DNA of 64,000 nucleotides from Rhizophagus irregularis (Eukaryota): NCBI RefSeq assembly GCF_026210795.1, contig NC_089435.1, positions 5,022,001 to 5,086,000 of the forward strand, read 5' to 3'. Shown piece by piece: positions 27,663 to 39,383 of this stretch (position 1 is its first letter; each line of letters starts with the position of its first letter). The notes under the pieces were generated by a model. It saw only the letters and a program-made list of their open reading frames with translations, ran no database searches and was not told where the DNA came from. The position numbers and the translations under genes were made by a program.

Positions 27663-29285
27663 TCATACTAAAATTAAATTAGTATTATTATTATTATTAT
27701 TATTATTAGTTATTTCCTTAATACGAGACCAACGACTTATTGTACCCTTATTAATATATTTTTTAATAATTTTTGAATAATTTTTCATATTTTCAAATGA
27801 TTGAGAATATTTAAATTTAAATTTTAAATTATATAAAGAATTTAATCTACAATATTTTAAAAAAATATGAAAAAATTTTATATCCCATTTTACCACCTCT
27901 TGATAAATATAAAAAGATTTTAAATTTTTTGATAATTCTTTACCTATCTTATACATTAATAAAGTAATATTTTTATCATCCATAATTTCCAAATTAATTT
28001 TTTCCAAATTTTTACAATTTTGTAATATTAAAGGTATATAATAAAGTAATCTACCTTTAATTTTTAAATCAAAATCTCTTAATTTTGGACAATAAGTTGA
28101 AATAGTATTAAATAAATGAATATTATGAAAGAATAAACCATCATTTAAAGAAATACCTAATTTTATTAAATTACCATTTGTTTTTTTAATTATATCAGAA
28201 TATAATTCTAAATCAAGTTTAATTAAAGTACTAGTAGAAAATTTCAAAGTAGTAAGAAAAGGTAAAAATTGAAAATTAGACCAAGATTTTACTATATCAA
28301 TAGAATCGATTCCTGAATCAGAAATTTCCAAACCAGTAATTTTAGTAAAATTTAAAGATAAATCCAAAGGGATAAATTCATCAGAAGGAATAATTAATTC
28401 ATAATTATCAGTTATAAAAGAAGTGAATTTAATAAGATTATTAATAATTTTAAATTTAAAATGATCAAAATCAATTTTTAAAAGGTGAATTTTTTTTAAA
28501 TTATAAAGGAAATTAAATAAAGCAACATTATCAATATCTAATTTAATATAAATTTCATCAATAGTAGAAATAATATTACTTAATTCAATAAAAATTTGAG
28601 GGGGAATACAAGATTGAAATTCAACATAATTTAAATTTAATAAAGAAGAATTAGGAGAAATAAAATTTGATAAATATTGTAAATGAGGGAATTTTCTTAT
28701 TTTATTTTTTATCCAATTAATTAATTTTAAATTATAATTCAATTTTGAAAAAGTTTGAGAAGTAAAAAGTTTAACAAGTTCACCAAATAATAAAATTCTT
28801 TTTTGATTCATGATATCATCATCATAACTTTTAATAATTTCGATAGGATCACTTTTATCTAAAGTGATAATATCAAGATTTTCATCATCAGGATTTAATA
28901 AAAAATAAGAAACCTTATAAAATAATTCAGTAAAATCCAAATCCCTTAAATAATTATTATAATTACAAAAAGGGGTTGAAATTTTTTGATTAAAATTGAT
29001 GATATTATTTTCATAAAGAAAATTTTTTGAAGATTCTGATAAACATGAAATATAAGTTGAAATTAATAATTTTGAAGTTGTATAATTTTTTTTATGATTT
29101 GGTCTTAAAGGATTTTTCCATAAAAAAATCACGGAATTAGAGAACCAATAACGATCGACCAAGAGACATTTTTGTAAACTAGTAAATTTTCTGATACGAA
29201 TATCAATAGTTTTATTTGCATAATCAATAAGGATTTGAAAAATATTTTGAAGAATTTCTGGTGGAAAAAAACACGCGGTTGACAT
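27663..29285 (-). CDS. F-box / leucine-rich-repeat protein, intronless, 540 aa
   Basis: N-terminal FPPEILQNIF...SLQKCLLVDRYW...FLWKNP and LISTYISCL...PFCNYNNYLRDLD. C-terminal LRR-like ISTYCPKLRDF and ILQNCKNLEKINL. Confidence 0.85.
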   Translation of the reverse strand: MSTACFFPPEILQNIFQILIDYANKTIDIRIRKFTSLQKCLLVDRYWFSNSVIFLWKNPLRPNHKKNYTTSKLLISTYISCLSESSKNFLYENNIINFNQKISTPFCNYNNYLRDLDFTELFYKVSYFLLNPDDENLDIITLDKSDPIEIIKSYDDDIMNQKRILLFGELVKLFTSQTFSKLNYNLKLINWIKNKIRKFPHLQYLSNFISPNSSLLNLNYVEFQSCIPPQIFIELSNIISTIDEIYIKLDIDNVALFNFLYNLKKIHLLKIDFDHFKFKIINNLIKFTSFITDNYELIIPSDEFIPLDLSLNFTKITGLEISDSGIDSIDIVKSWSNFQFLPFLTTLKFSTSTLIKLDLELYSDIIKKTNGNLIKLGISLNDGLFFHNIHLFNTISTYCPKLRDFDLKIKGRLLYYIPLILQNCKNLEKINLEIMDDKNITLLMYKIGKELSKNLKSFYIYQEVVKWDIKFFHIFLKYCRLNSLYNLKFKFKYSQSFENMKNYSKIIKKYINKGTISRWSRIKEITNNNNNNNNTNLILV

Positions 29286-30814
29286 TTTATTTAAGGATAG
29301 GAAACGATAGGGGAATTTTTTTTTTAAAGAAAAAAAAAAAATGTGTGGGAAAGAATGATTATTTATAAGAAAATTTTTTTAAATCATTTATTGACTAAAA
29401 TCGGATTGCTAACCTAATACAGTTTAGCTTAATATATTGTCACATCAAATAAATGAAATATAAGGTATAAGGCGTAGTAATTCAACCATTTTTCACGCGT
29501 TCAAATTTCATGAAATTTGCAAAAAGATCTTGATTTCATCTAATTTATGTCATTTATGTATGATCGACATAAATTATAACTATATTTGGTAAAGATCACT
29601 GACGAATATATGAGTGTCGTAAAATTTGCAATTGTAGAAACTCACGACCGAGGCGTTTTTTTAAATAAATCAGCCCCTATTTTTATAATGAAGTTCTATC
29701 AGTCAAAATTTTATACAATAACTTCAAAAGATTTTAAACGTTTTTATAAATTCGAGTTCGACAATTCGTTTGGAATATCATTATGCATAAAAATATTTAC
29801 AAAATATTTGATTAATCTACCACGTATGAATAACATTATAATTATAAGTAATTTTAATATAATTTGACGAATAAGAAATTATTTTTTTTGATTCCAGTTT
29901 TCAGAATTTTTATGGGTCCCTCATATATTATTACTCGATTTAATACTGAATGTACTGAATGTAAGGTATCATCATCCATATGTACCGAAAATCCACGGAG
30001 ATTGATCATTCTCAACAAACAAGAGATAAAACAATATTTCTTTTTGGATAATAAAAGTTTTTATTTTTAAACTTTTATAAATTTGGTAACGGTATTAGCA
30101 AATATCAATGCGATCAAAATTACAGGTAAATTAGGGAGTGATCGACAAACACATTATTCCTTGAAAAAGAAAAGGTAAAAAAAAAATTTTTTTTTTTCTT
30201 AAATCCCTTAAAAAGATTAGAGATGAATTTTATTACGGGAGAGGAACCAAAAAAATTGAAATTAAATTTGTGTAATTATTATATAATATAATTCCTTCAC
30301 GTTTTAATTGTGTAACATTAATAGAGATGATTTGTTTATGAAAATTTATGCAATTCATTTTACATGCGCATTAAAAAAGGTCGATTAACATATAATACCA
30401 TAAGGTTTTACTCATAATGAATGAAACCGAATATCTTTATATACTTGGATGTACATATACATTACATTTGTTGTTGTTGATTTTTAATATATAAATTAGC
30501 GTGGTGCGAAATTTATGGGCTTATGGTTATTTAATGTTGTGTTTAATTTACGCAACTTTTTTTTCTTTTTTGAATATAAATATGTTAAAATTAAAAAAGA
30601 AATTGTATTTTAATTTTTTTTTATCTTTTTTTTTTATTCTCAATTTTTTTTTCTTTCTTTAGAACAAAAGAAATTTTAAATGCTAAAGCAGGATTTTTAG
30701 CGCAGTATAAAATTACAAAATTATAAATTTTTATATTTACCCTCATTTATATATCATTAGACATTCATCTCATCCCCAGTATTTATATCATTACCTATTA
30801 AATATCTTACCGTC

Positions 30815-31480
30815 ATGAAACGTTTTAATGTTATTAATTATAATATTAATAGAGAAAGTATTATAGATTTACCGGATATTCATCATTCTCTTATAATCAT
30901 ACCTGAAACACTTTATGAAAATTCTGATATAATTTCAACAAATTCTGATAACAAATCAACTATTGTTGTTCCTACATTTAAAATAGAAGAGGAGGAAGAG
31001 GAGGGAGAAGAAGAAGAAGAAGAAGAAGAAGAAACGGTACAATCAAATGATGACCAATTTGTTGAATCAAATGATAAATCAAGAGAAGTAAATGATGAAA
31101 AATCAAAAAATTTCAGTGATATTGATTTATGTGAAACTAAACAAAAGTATGTAATCTTAAATTATTTATAATTTATATATATATACATATATAATTATAT
31201 ATATATTTCATTTCTCATTTCTCTCATATTTCATATATTTCAAGTATTAATTAATATATATATTTGTTATAGAAATTCTTTCTCTGCGGTAAGACCATCG
31301 CTTACAATTGACACATCTTCATTACCAGTTTCACATGTTAATAACGAAATATCTAGTAAAAGAAAACATGATTTTGATTGTTTATTTTATTTAAAAAGTA
31401 ATAAGATTAGATTAATAATTCTTTCTTTAATTATAATTATTGCAGTAGTTATAATTGTTGTTGTTCTAGTAAAAAAATGA
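30815..31480 (+). CDS. Two-exon hypothetical tail-anchored protein with poly-Glu tract
   Basis: Exons 30815-31146 and 31273-31480 join in frame. Acidic run EEEEEEGEEEEEEEEE. The C-terminus RLIILSLIIIIAVVIIVVVLVKK* is a terminal TM helix. Confidence 0.75.
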
Positions 31481-32726
31481 TATAAAATAATATCTTAGTT
31501 TTTTCTTCTTTTCTTTTCGCCTCTTTTTAATATATATTTTTTTTTAAATTGTAATGTATATAATATTTAATTTTAATTATTATTAAAGAAAATGCCCTTT
31601 TAATATTTTTATTATAAAATGATTTTTAAAAAAAGCCTTAAAAGCCTTTTTGAAAAAAAAAGATCAACCCCTCTCTTAATTTGGAAGGCCAAGTAAAGCA
31701 TGATCAAAGAATTGTGGGGAAAATCTTTTCTCCGCAAAAAAAAAAAAGATTATAATTTAAATTATATAATTATTGGTGGATTATTTTGGTATAGCACATA
31801 AAGTAAAAACACCAATAATGCAAGTATGTAACCGGCTTTAAAATAAGCAGTTCACGTTACTCCAAGAAAACACGTCATTTAAAAATGAATTCAACTCATA
31901 AATTAATTCGACAAATTATTCCTGCTTAAAAAATCCTGGATACTGTAGCAAGCTTATTCATATACCAAATATAGTACGAGCAGATATTTGAGTTGCTATT
32001 TAAAGCTATTCTCGCTTATTCACCTTTTTTTTTTCTAAAAATAATTTTTGAAACTTTTTTTTTTAAAAAAAAATTAGTGCTACCAAGTGTACAGTAATTA
32101 TTAAATGAACAAACAAATAATGCATATTTGGGTCATCATCTGATCTCAAACAAATGAAATTCAGTTTTTAAATTGAATATCCGATATTGCAATCTTATTC
32201 CTATCTCCTGAGATCTAAAGATCAAAGGAGGTGTCTGGTCAGTTTTCCCGAGATGGAAAAGCAGGTAAATTCAATACGTCGAGATCAGAACAAATTGATG
32301 TGCTTAGAGACAATAATCATGTATCACAAGGTGCATCCCGATCTTTGTAGTTTATTTTTTGCGTTGCATAAAGCTATTATTGTATTAATAAACAATTCTT
32401 GAATATTTGGTAATCGAAATATCAAATGGTATGAATGGAATTATAATAATTCTCCCAATGCTATAAAGGTAAAGAATCTACATAATTTTTTCGTTTATTC
32501 TTTTAAGAAGGTTGCCAAATTGTCATTAATCATGATCATGTGATAAATATTTGAATTTTCAACTAACGCCACCATAATTTTATTCGCATAAGCAAATACA
32601 ACATTTCAAATTATATTTCTATATACTAATTATATAGCCACTAAAAAAAATCTAGAAAATTTACGAATATCTATATACTCAATTATGTAGTTACTAAAAA
32701 TTATATTTAAAAAATTCACAGATTAG

Positions 32727-33371
32727 ACGAGCTCTAACCCTAACCCTAACCGAATTTATCAAATACATCTTTATACCAGCAGCCGCATCAAAGATGGATT
32801 TTAGACTCCCTTCCCGGATGAAGCATCTCTACTGGCGTATATTTCCCTTCATTGATAGTATTATTTCCTCTGGTTCCTTAAAGTTAAAAAGGCATGAGAA
32901 TTTGTTATTAATCAGTAGAACTTTAATAGACTTACCAGCTGATCTGGTCTTAATAATCTCCCCAACTGATTTACCATTCTTACGAGCTTCTGTTTCCTTA
33001 GCTTTTTTGAATGCTAGAAGTTCAAAAGATTATATTTTAATATATTGAGATTTCGTAAATGTTCTAGTGATTATAAATACCTAAAATTTCGTCGTCTTCT
33101 TCAAATGGTTTACCGACTTCTAACCACTTTTTCAATTCAGTTATATTAATATTTTTTTTTTTGCGCGCTCCATTTGAGTTGAAAAAAAGTCATATGGATC
33201 AGATTTAATGGCTTTTAAAAATTGAATCCAATGTAAAACTGTGTCTGGCATTTCATGAGCTTTTCTTCCTGGTAAAAGTCTTGTAATGTTACCATTATTG
33301 TATAATATTCATGGTCTTAAATGCTCTAGTGATTCTAAGGGACTTTTGTGAGCTAACAGTTCGTCCAACAT
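32727..33371 (-). pseudogene. Small multi-exon gene of unknown family with premature stop
   Basis: ATG at 33371 reads MLDELLAHKSPLESLEHLRP*ILYNNGNITRLLPGRKAHEMPDTVLHWIQFLKAIK...KKWLEVGKPFEEDDEIL. A GT donor at ~33080 and an AG acceptor at ~33015 follow. 3' end unclear. Confidence 0.45.
32734..32751 (+). repeat. Interstitial telomere-type repeat (CCCTAA)n, about 3 units
   Basis: CTCTAACCCTAACCCTAACC. Confidence 0.65.
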
Positions 33372-34185
33372 TTTGAGTAGGTTTTTTTTTGCGTTAGAAA
33401 GTTAAATAGTGAGTCGCTTGTTATTGTTAACTGATTATCAAAAAAGCTCTGACACGTGATTTATTACACGTGATTCTGCATTACATCAATTAATATTAAC
33501 CGGCTGTTAAAATATTCTTTAAATCCTTGGAAAGATTTTCTGATAATCTGAAAACTACAATTAGTTTTGGCAAAGAAGTGAGGCCAGATTTAGAAAATGA
33601 ATACTTGAAATTAGAAAATGATTATCACGTTAATCATAAAAATTTTTAAAATCATTACCGTTTACTTATCCGAAATAAACGCTTTGACAATAATAATGAA
33701 ATTTATAAATTTGACGAATAAGATATTAATAATTAAAGCACTTGTTAATTATTATAAAGTGATAGTAATACGTATTAATAAATAAATTTTAAGTATTTAA
33801 TAGCATTGACAGATTAAATACTATTTAATAATACATATAATACGATATTTTTTATAAAATGCAAATATTTTTATTTTGTTCAAAATATTAAAGATGCAAA
33901 TTAAAGACAAAATTCCAAAACAACTTAAAGTAAGCATTAATTAAAGTAGTAATTGCTATTTAAAATTCAGATTGTATTATATTTTAATTGCATGTATTTA
34001 TTTAATAGTCAAAATTATATAAAATAGTGGAATTTTTTAACAAATATTTTTTTTAAGAAAAATGAGTAAACTTGTGAGTTTTGCAAACAACACGTTACTT
34101 GCACTCCTTTAGATTATAATTCATATTGCAACATTTATGGTTGTAAAAGTAAAAACAAGCACAATCATAAACTTTGCAAAAGTTG

Positions 34186-34813
34186 TTATTGGTAAATTAC
34201 TGCGACACCCATGTACTCCATTGATTTCATCACCCAGTAACACTTGGCACACGGAAGAATCAGCCTTATTCTTCCATATTTTAATTCGATCTTTCGGAAG
34301 TACAAGGTGACAAAGCTTTTTCTCTGCCCGTACATTGCCCTCAGGGGTATTGACTCGGAGCAATGACCCCAATTGTGATGACAGTGCTCGGATTCTTGTT
34401 GAACATTCAGATAGCACCATAGGATTGCAGGCATTGTTCTTACTCTCCTCATCGCTATTTCCAGTTGTCGAATTCTGTTATTTTCATACATATCCCACTG
34501 CGAATTGATGTCCTGAACATTATTTGTACAATCTTCCTTCTTCTACTGAAATCGTCAAATTCACTGTTGATGTGCGGTTCATCTTGTTCATTTCCATCAT
34601 AGTGATTCTGTTGATCAAGGCGACTTGCATTCTGGCAAGGTAATTTAATTTGTCTTGATAATTTATCTTCTACTTGAAACTTATCTTCATTATATAGTGC
34701 GTCTACAATAGGCATACTTTGTCCCAAATCGGTACTATTAGAACTGATTAACAAAGAGGTAGGCTTATCATAATGCCTGTGATCCTGAATGGTATTATGA
34801 TTTCTTGAGTTCT
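34186..34813 (-). CDS. Terminal exon encoding a putative Zn-dependent deaminase-fold domain (one 1-nt frameshift at ~34495)
   Basis: Acceptor at ~34813. ORF 34455-34754 joins ORF 34186-34491 if one G is restored in GTGGGAT. The C-terminal part has NWGHCSESIPL...SFVTLYF...RLILPCAKCYW, i.e. a [H/C]xE...PCxxC arrangement. Start codon and upstream exons unresolved. Confidence 0.5.
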
Positions 34814-35164
34814 ACATAAAAAAAATTGTTAAATACATATTCTTTTTTCTATCTTTAAAAACTAAGATGTTATATATACATGAAAGATATCACAAAAGAA
34901 ATTATCAATCTTCTCGCCCATGACTTTTGTAATTATATGTGTCATAATGATGCTTTATAGAATTACATCATAATTACAATTTTGTTGCACGTTGAATATC
35001 AGGTGTAGTGTTGTTAAGTCCAAGTCACACCGATGGGGTCGATTCAGCTTGACTTGATATTCCTTGAGGAAATCCAAGTTGCGGTTCGGCCTGACTTGAA
35101 AGAGACAAGTTGATGGGGGTCGATGGGTTCAATGGAGTCGATGGAACTAATGTTAGATTTCAAT

Positions 35165-35815
35165 CTAATTTTCATAAAAAAATTAAAGAAACGTAAGTAA
35201 CGTTTCAAAATTAATCCCTCTCCAGCTCCTCTTCCTTCAAAGAGCTCAGTATTTAAATCCTGTGCAGTTGTCTGTGCTCACCTAAGATAAAAAGGAAATA
35301 TAATAATATCTTTTCTTTCAATAACAATATAACTTTTCACTCCCTTTACCCAAGGAGCCGGTACCTATAAAATAAGAAAGAAACGTTAGTAATGTTCTAC
35401 TAATGTTTCCTAAATTTCCACCTTCTAATTCCAGCTCAACCCACCTTTCATGTCCGGAATCTGGAACTTTAGACGTCCAAAGCTGGTGTCCAATAACTAC
35501 GCGTCCTAAAAAATAAAAGAAAAATGGTTAGTATCTATAAAAAAACACAAAAAATTAATTACATTCTTCCGCTTCTAAATTCTAACCAACATACTTTCTA
35601 TGTCTTAAATCCGAGGTTCACAAGTCCAAAAGCTGGTGTTCACGTCCTAAATAGTAAAGAAAAAGGTAGTTAATGATTTCTGTAAAAAATTGCTACACTC
35701 TCTTCTGACCATTATACCTTCCATAATTCCATGTTCGAAAGCCGGAAGTTCAGGTACCCAAGAGCTGATGTTCTGTTCTTACAAAATAAAAGAAAAAGTA
35801 GTTAGTAATCTAGTA
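35165..35815 (-). repeat. Degenerate tandem array of ~110-150 bp intron-plus-mini-exon-like units
   Basis: 5-6 units on the minus strand, most with a CTAAC-like branch point, pyrimidine tract and TAG/AAG acceptor. Three carry related CA(C/T)CAGCT(T/C)T..G cores followed by GT donors. Confidence 0.55.
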
Positions 35816-37295
35816 TAATGATTATTTCTTAAAGAAATATATATACAGTATATATAAAATAGTTTCTGAGAGCATAGTTCCAATAATTATTTATTTTAAT
35901 AATTTATTTTTAATAGCTCCACATTTTACAATTTATAAACTACTTACTGAATAAGAAATCAATTTATACAGAATGTTTATAAAAATGAAACCGAGTATAT
36001 AGAATGTATAGAGAATGTAAAAAACTTGGTTTAAAAAAAAGCATTACAAAAAAAATAAAAAAAAACGTATCGGTAATAAAAAGGGGAAATTATTTATCGA
36101 GGTACACAAAAAAATTCTGATATCATTTTTTTAATCGGAGTTAGCATCATTTTGGTTTTTGTAAGATCACGTGACGACGAACGAGGGATTATTTTTAAAC
36201 TTCTACTTACCCGAACTTACCCCTTACGCTTTTTTTATCCCTTGTGTAAAAAAAAACATTTTTGGCGTTTATTAATGCGGAATTCTCCATTTGGTAAATA
36301 ACGAATGAGAAAATGTAAGCACTAGTTCTAATAATGAACATCAGTTATTGATTAAAATAAAATACTTTCAACAATAATAAAAAACCTATTAAACTACATA
36401 TCATACATTCATACCCTTAAAGTCAATAATAATTTTATCAATTATACTATGGAATTAAAGGTATTTCGCATTCATATAAGTCTCTTCATAAAATATAAGC
36501 ACTACCACTTTGCCATTATAATAAAGAAGTTTGTTGACGAGAAATTCATAGCAAGAATAGAAAGGAGATGATTAATTAAATATTGAAACAAATAAAATCA
36601 TTTATTTTTCAAAAATATTTAAAATATTCTTCTAATGACAAGGCAATTCAGACAATTTAATTGTAGTGATATAAATACATGAAGTTACTTTTTTTATCAT
36701 TATGTCATCTCTTTAAAATGGTTTTTTCAGGTTAATACATTGTTTGCATAAAGTATGAGAGTGCGGACTATGAACGTGACATCCAGTAAAAACTACAGGA
36801 ACGTATTCCCTTTGGGAACATATACATAATTTTCAAAATAGTGCAAAGAGTGTGTGCATTTGTATTTTAGGTTTTATTTTAAATTGATCGACTGATCACA
36901 AAAATGTACTTTAAAATGTAGAAAATGTAATGAATTATTATAAACTCACTTAAATGTCAAATAAATTTATAAAATCTATTAAATAAATATATAGAAATTT
37001 TTATTCTCGAGAATATTAAATACGCGACCAAAGTGCCATTTGCTCATTTCTCCCCGTTTAAATGTTGTTAACCATGGTCAACCATGATTTGGTTAACCAA
37101 AGGTTAACTCAATGAGGATCAGCATGCATTAAATAAAATATGATAAAATAATAATTCGTGTTTTGCCGCCCCACATTTTCAAAAATGTCAAACACTATAA
37201 AAAGGTAACATTTTTCCTCAATTCTTTCAAATTTAATTTAATACTATCTAGTAAAATAAACAAACCATAAGTGTTTCTGTGCTCTTCTCTCGCCG

Positions 37296-38035
37296 ATGGA
37301 CGAAGTAATAAAAGTAGATGATGCCGTTACTCTCGCTACTAAGTTTAGAATACCCAAAAGAACGATATTGATATCGATTGTAAACGAAAGTAAATACACG
37401 CTCACGAACGTATCAATGTATTTTAATGGGACCAGTATTAATCCGGCAAGCCCTAATATTGCCCCCTTTACAGATCTATCTAATGCGTAAGTATAAAACT
37501 GAGTTTAATAAAGTTTTACTTTTTTCCTATTTATTATTAACGTTATATTATAAAATCAGACGTTTTGAAGCTACATTAAACGGAACAAAGGGGATGCTCT
37601 GTTATCAGATTGAGGGAACACCAAATTATCTACTAATAAGTTGGAAAGTACCACTTCTTAGACATCGCAAAAACGAACTTTGTGTCCATGTTTGTACAAA
37701 CCGACCTCCTAAAAAACAAAAAGAAAAGAATATTTTCCGAAAACATATACATAAAAAGTACAAAAAGTTTCCCGACGAGAGTATCCAAATTGACCATTAT
37801 GATTTTAGAGTTAGCGCTACCATGTCTAGCGAGTAAGTATTTCATATACGTACGTCACAATTATATTGAATCATGTGATTAATCAATTTACTGTATATGC
37901 TGAATTTGTAGTACCTCGGCAGGTATGAGAGTTCATCTTATCCCACGAAGGAAATTATTTGTTTTAAATTTCGTCACCTCGAATTTTTTTATTATTATTA
38001 TCATATTTTCTTTTTTATTCTTTTATTTTCATTAA
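37296..38035 (+). CDS. Actinoporin-like (anemone cytolysin fold) protein, copy 1, 3 exons
   Basis: Exons 37296-37486, 37560-37832, 37912-38035. RTILISIVNESKYTLTNVSMYFNGTS, GTKGMLCYQIEG..LLISWKVP...NELCVHV and FRVSATMSSDTSAGMRVHL align by eye with actinoporin RKIAxGxDNES...YFRSGTS, GAVGVLAY...LAVLFSVP...NWWNV and ..GFMxSSG.AILEIHV. No signal peptide; hydrophobic C-terminal tail. Confidence 0.75.
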
Positions 38036-38714
38036 GCAATTTTTTCAACGATATCATTCATATGATCATTTTCATTTAAGATATTATATAAATTGTTTTT
38101 TTATAGTATTTAATTTATTTCATTAGGCAAAATATAATTAAAATTGTCTAATATAAGATACAATATATTATGTAACTTATAGTTGTTCAGATAAAACAAT
38201 AAATAAACATAAACTTAAGATTATTATTCAAATCCCGTGATCCTAAAAAAAGTATTACCGGTTGTCGTTGATTATTTTAGCATTTCAAATTTCAAAACTC
38301 AGCTTACTGATTCAAAATTCTTGTATCAGTTAATACTGTGAAATTGCAATTTAACGATAAACTATTTTTGATATTTATTATTTGAATAATTCCATATGCA
38401 TGTTATCGGATAATACGTTCCCTAAAAACCGTATGCTAAATTTTGAAATAGAACTCATAATAGCAAAAATAGATCGTTGAGTGTATATTTTTTTTATTTC
38501 AGGCAAAAAATTTATCATTAAGAGCTTTCATTCATCGAATTCAAATTTCATAATCTTTAATTACCTTAAGAATAAAAACTGTAGAAATAAATTACATATA
38601 AGTGAATTTGGAACATAGAATTATTATTCATAAAAATATCTTAAATATTTGAATCTAGTTTAATAATTAATTCTTCATATTTTACAAGTTGCATATATCA
38701 ATAAAAATGATAGA

Positions 38715-39383
38715 CTACCATGGTAAACCAAACCATGTCCTTCGTGGGGTTGTTAGATAAACCTTCATTTCTGCCGAAGAACTGTAAATTCAGCGTTTAA
38801 TTATTAATCATGTGATCTAATATAATTGGTATGTATATAAAAAACTTACCCGCTAGATATGGTAGCGCTAACTCTAAAATCATCATAGTTAAGCTGAATA
38901 CTCTCATCGGGGAATATTTTGTTTGTTTTATGCATATTTTTGCGAAAAATATTTTTTTCTTTTTGTTCTTCAGGGAGTCGGTTTGTACAAACATGGACAC
39001 AAAGTTCGTTTTTGCGATGTCTAAGAAGTGGTACTTTCCAACTTATTAGTAAATAATTTGGTGTTCCTTCAATCTGATAACAGAGCATTCCTTTTGTTCC
39101 GTGTAATGTAGCTTCAAACCGTCTGATTTTATAATATGCGTTAATAATAAATAGGAAAAAAAGTAAAACTTTATCTTAATTTTATTTATACTTGCATATT
39201 TGAAGGATCTGTAAAAGGGGCAATATTGGGGTTTGCCGGATTAACACTGTTTCCATTAAAACACATTGTAACGTTCGTGAGAGTGTATTCACTTTTGTTT
39301 ACAATTGATATCGAAATCTCTCTTTTGGGTATTTTAAATTTAGTAGCGAGAGTAACGACTCCCTTTACAATTAATTCATACAT
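38715..39383 (-). CDS. Actinoporin-like protein, copy 2 (inverted duplicate), 3 exons, GC-AG first intron
   Basis: Exons 39383-39196, 39122-38850, 38781-38715. Core nearly identical to copy 1. Ends GSSAEMKVYLTTPRRTWFGLPW*. Confidence 0.72.

Noticed and set aside
29586..30070. Two short plus-strand ORFs
   Set aside because: Non-ATG starts, AT-rich intergenic composition, no recognisable motifs.
32794..33048. 84-aa plus-strand ORF
   Set aside because: Antisense to the minus-strand relic, which carries the splice signals.
34121..34420. 99-aa overlapping minus-strand ORF
   Set aside because: Alternative frame lacking the CxE/PCxxC motif; no independent support.
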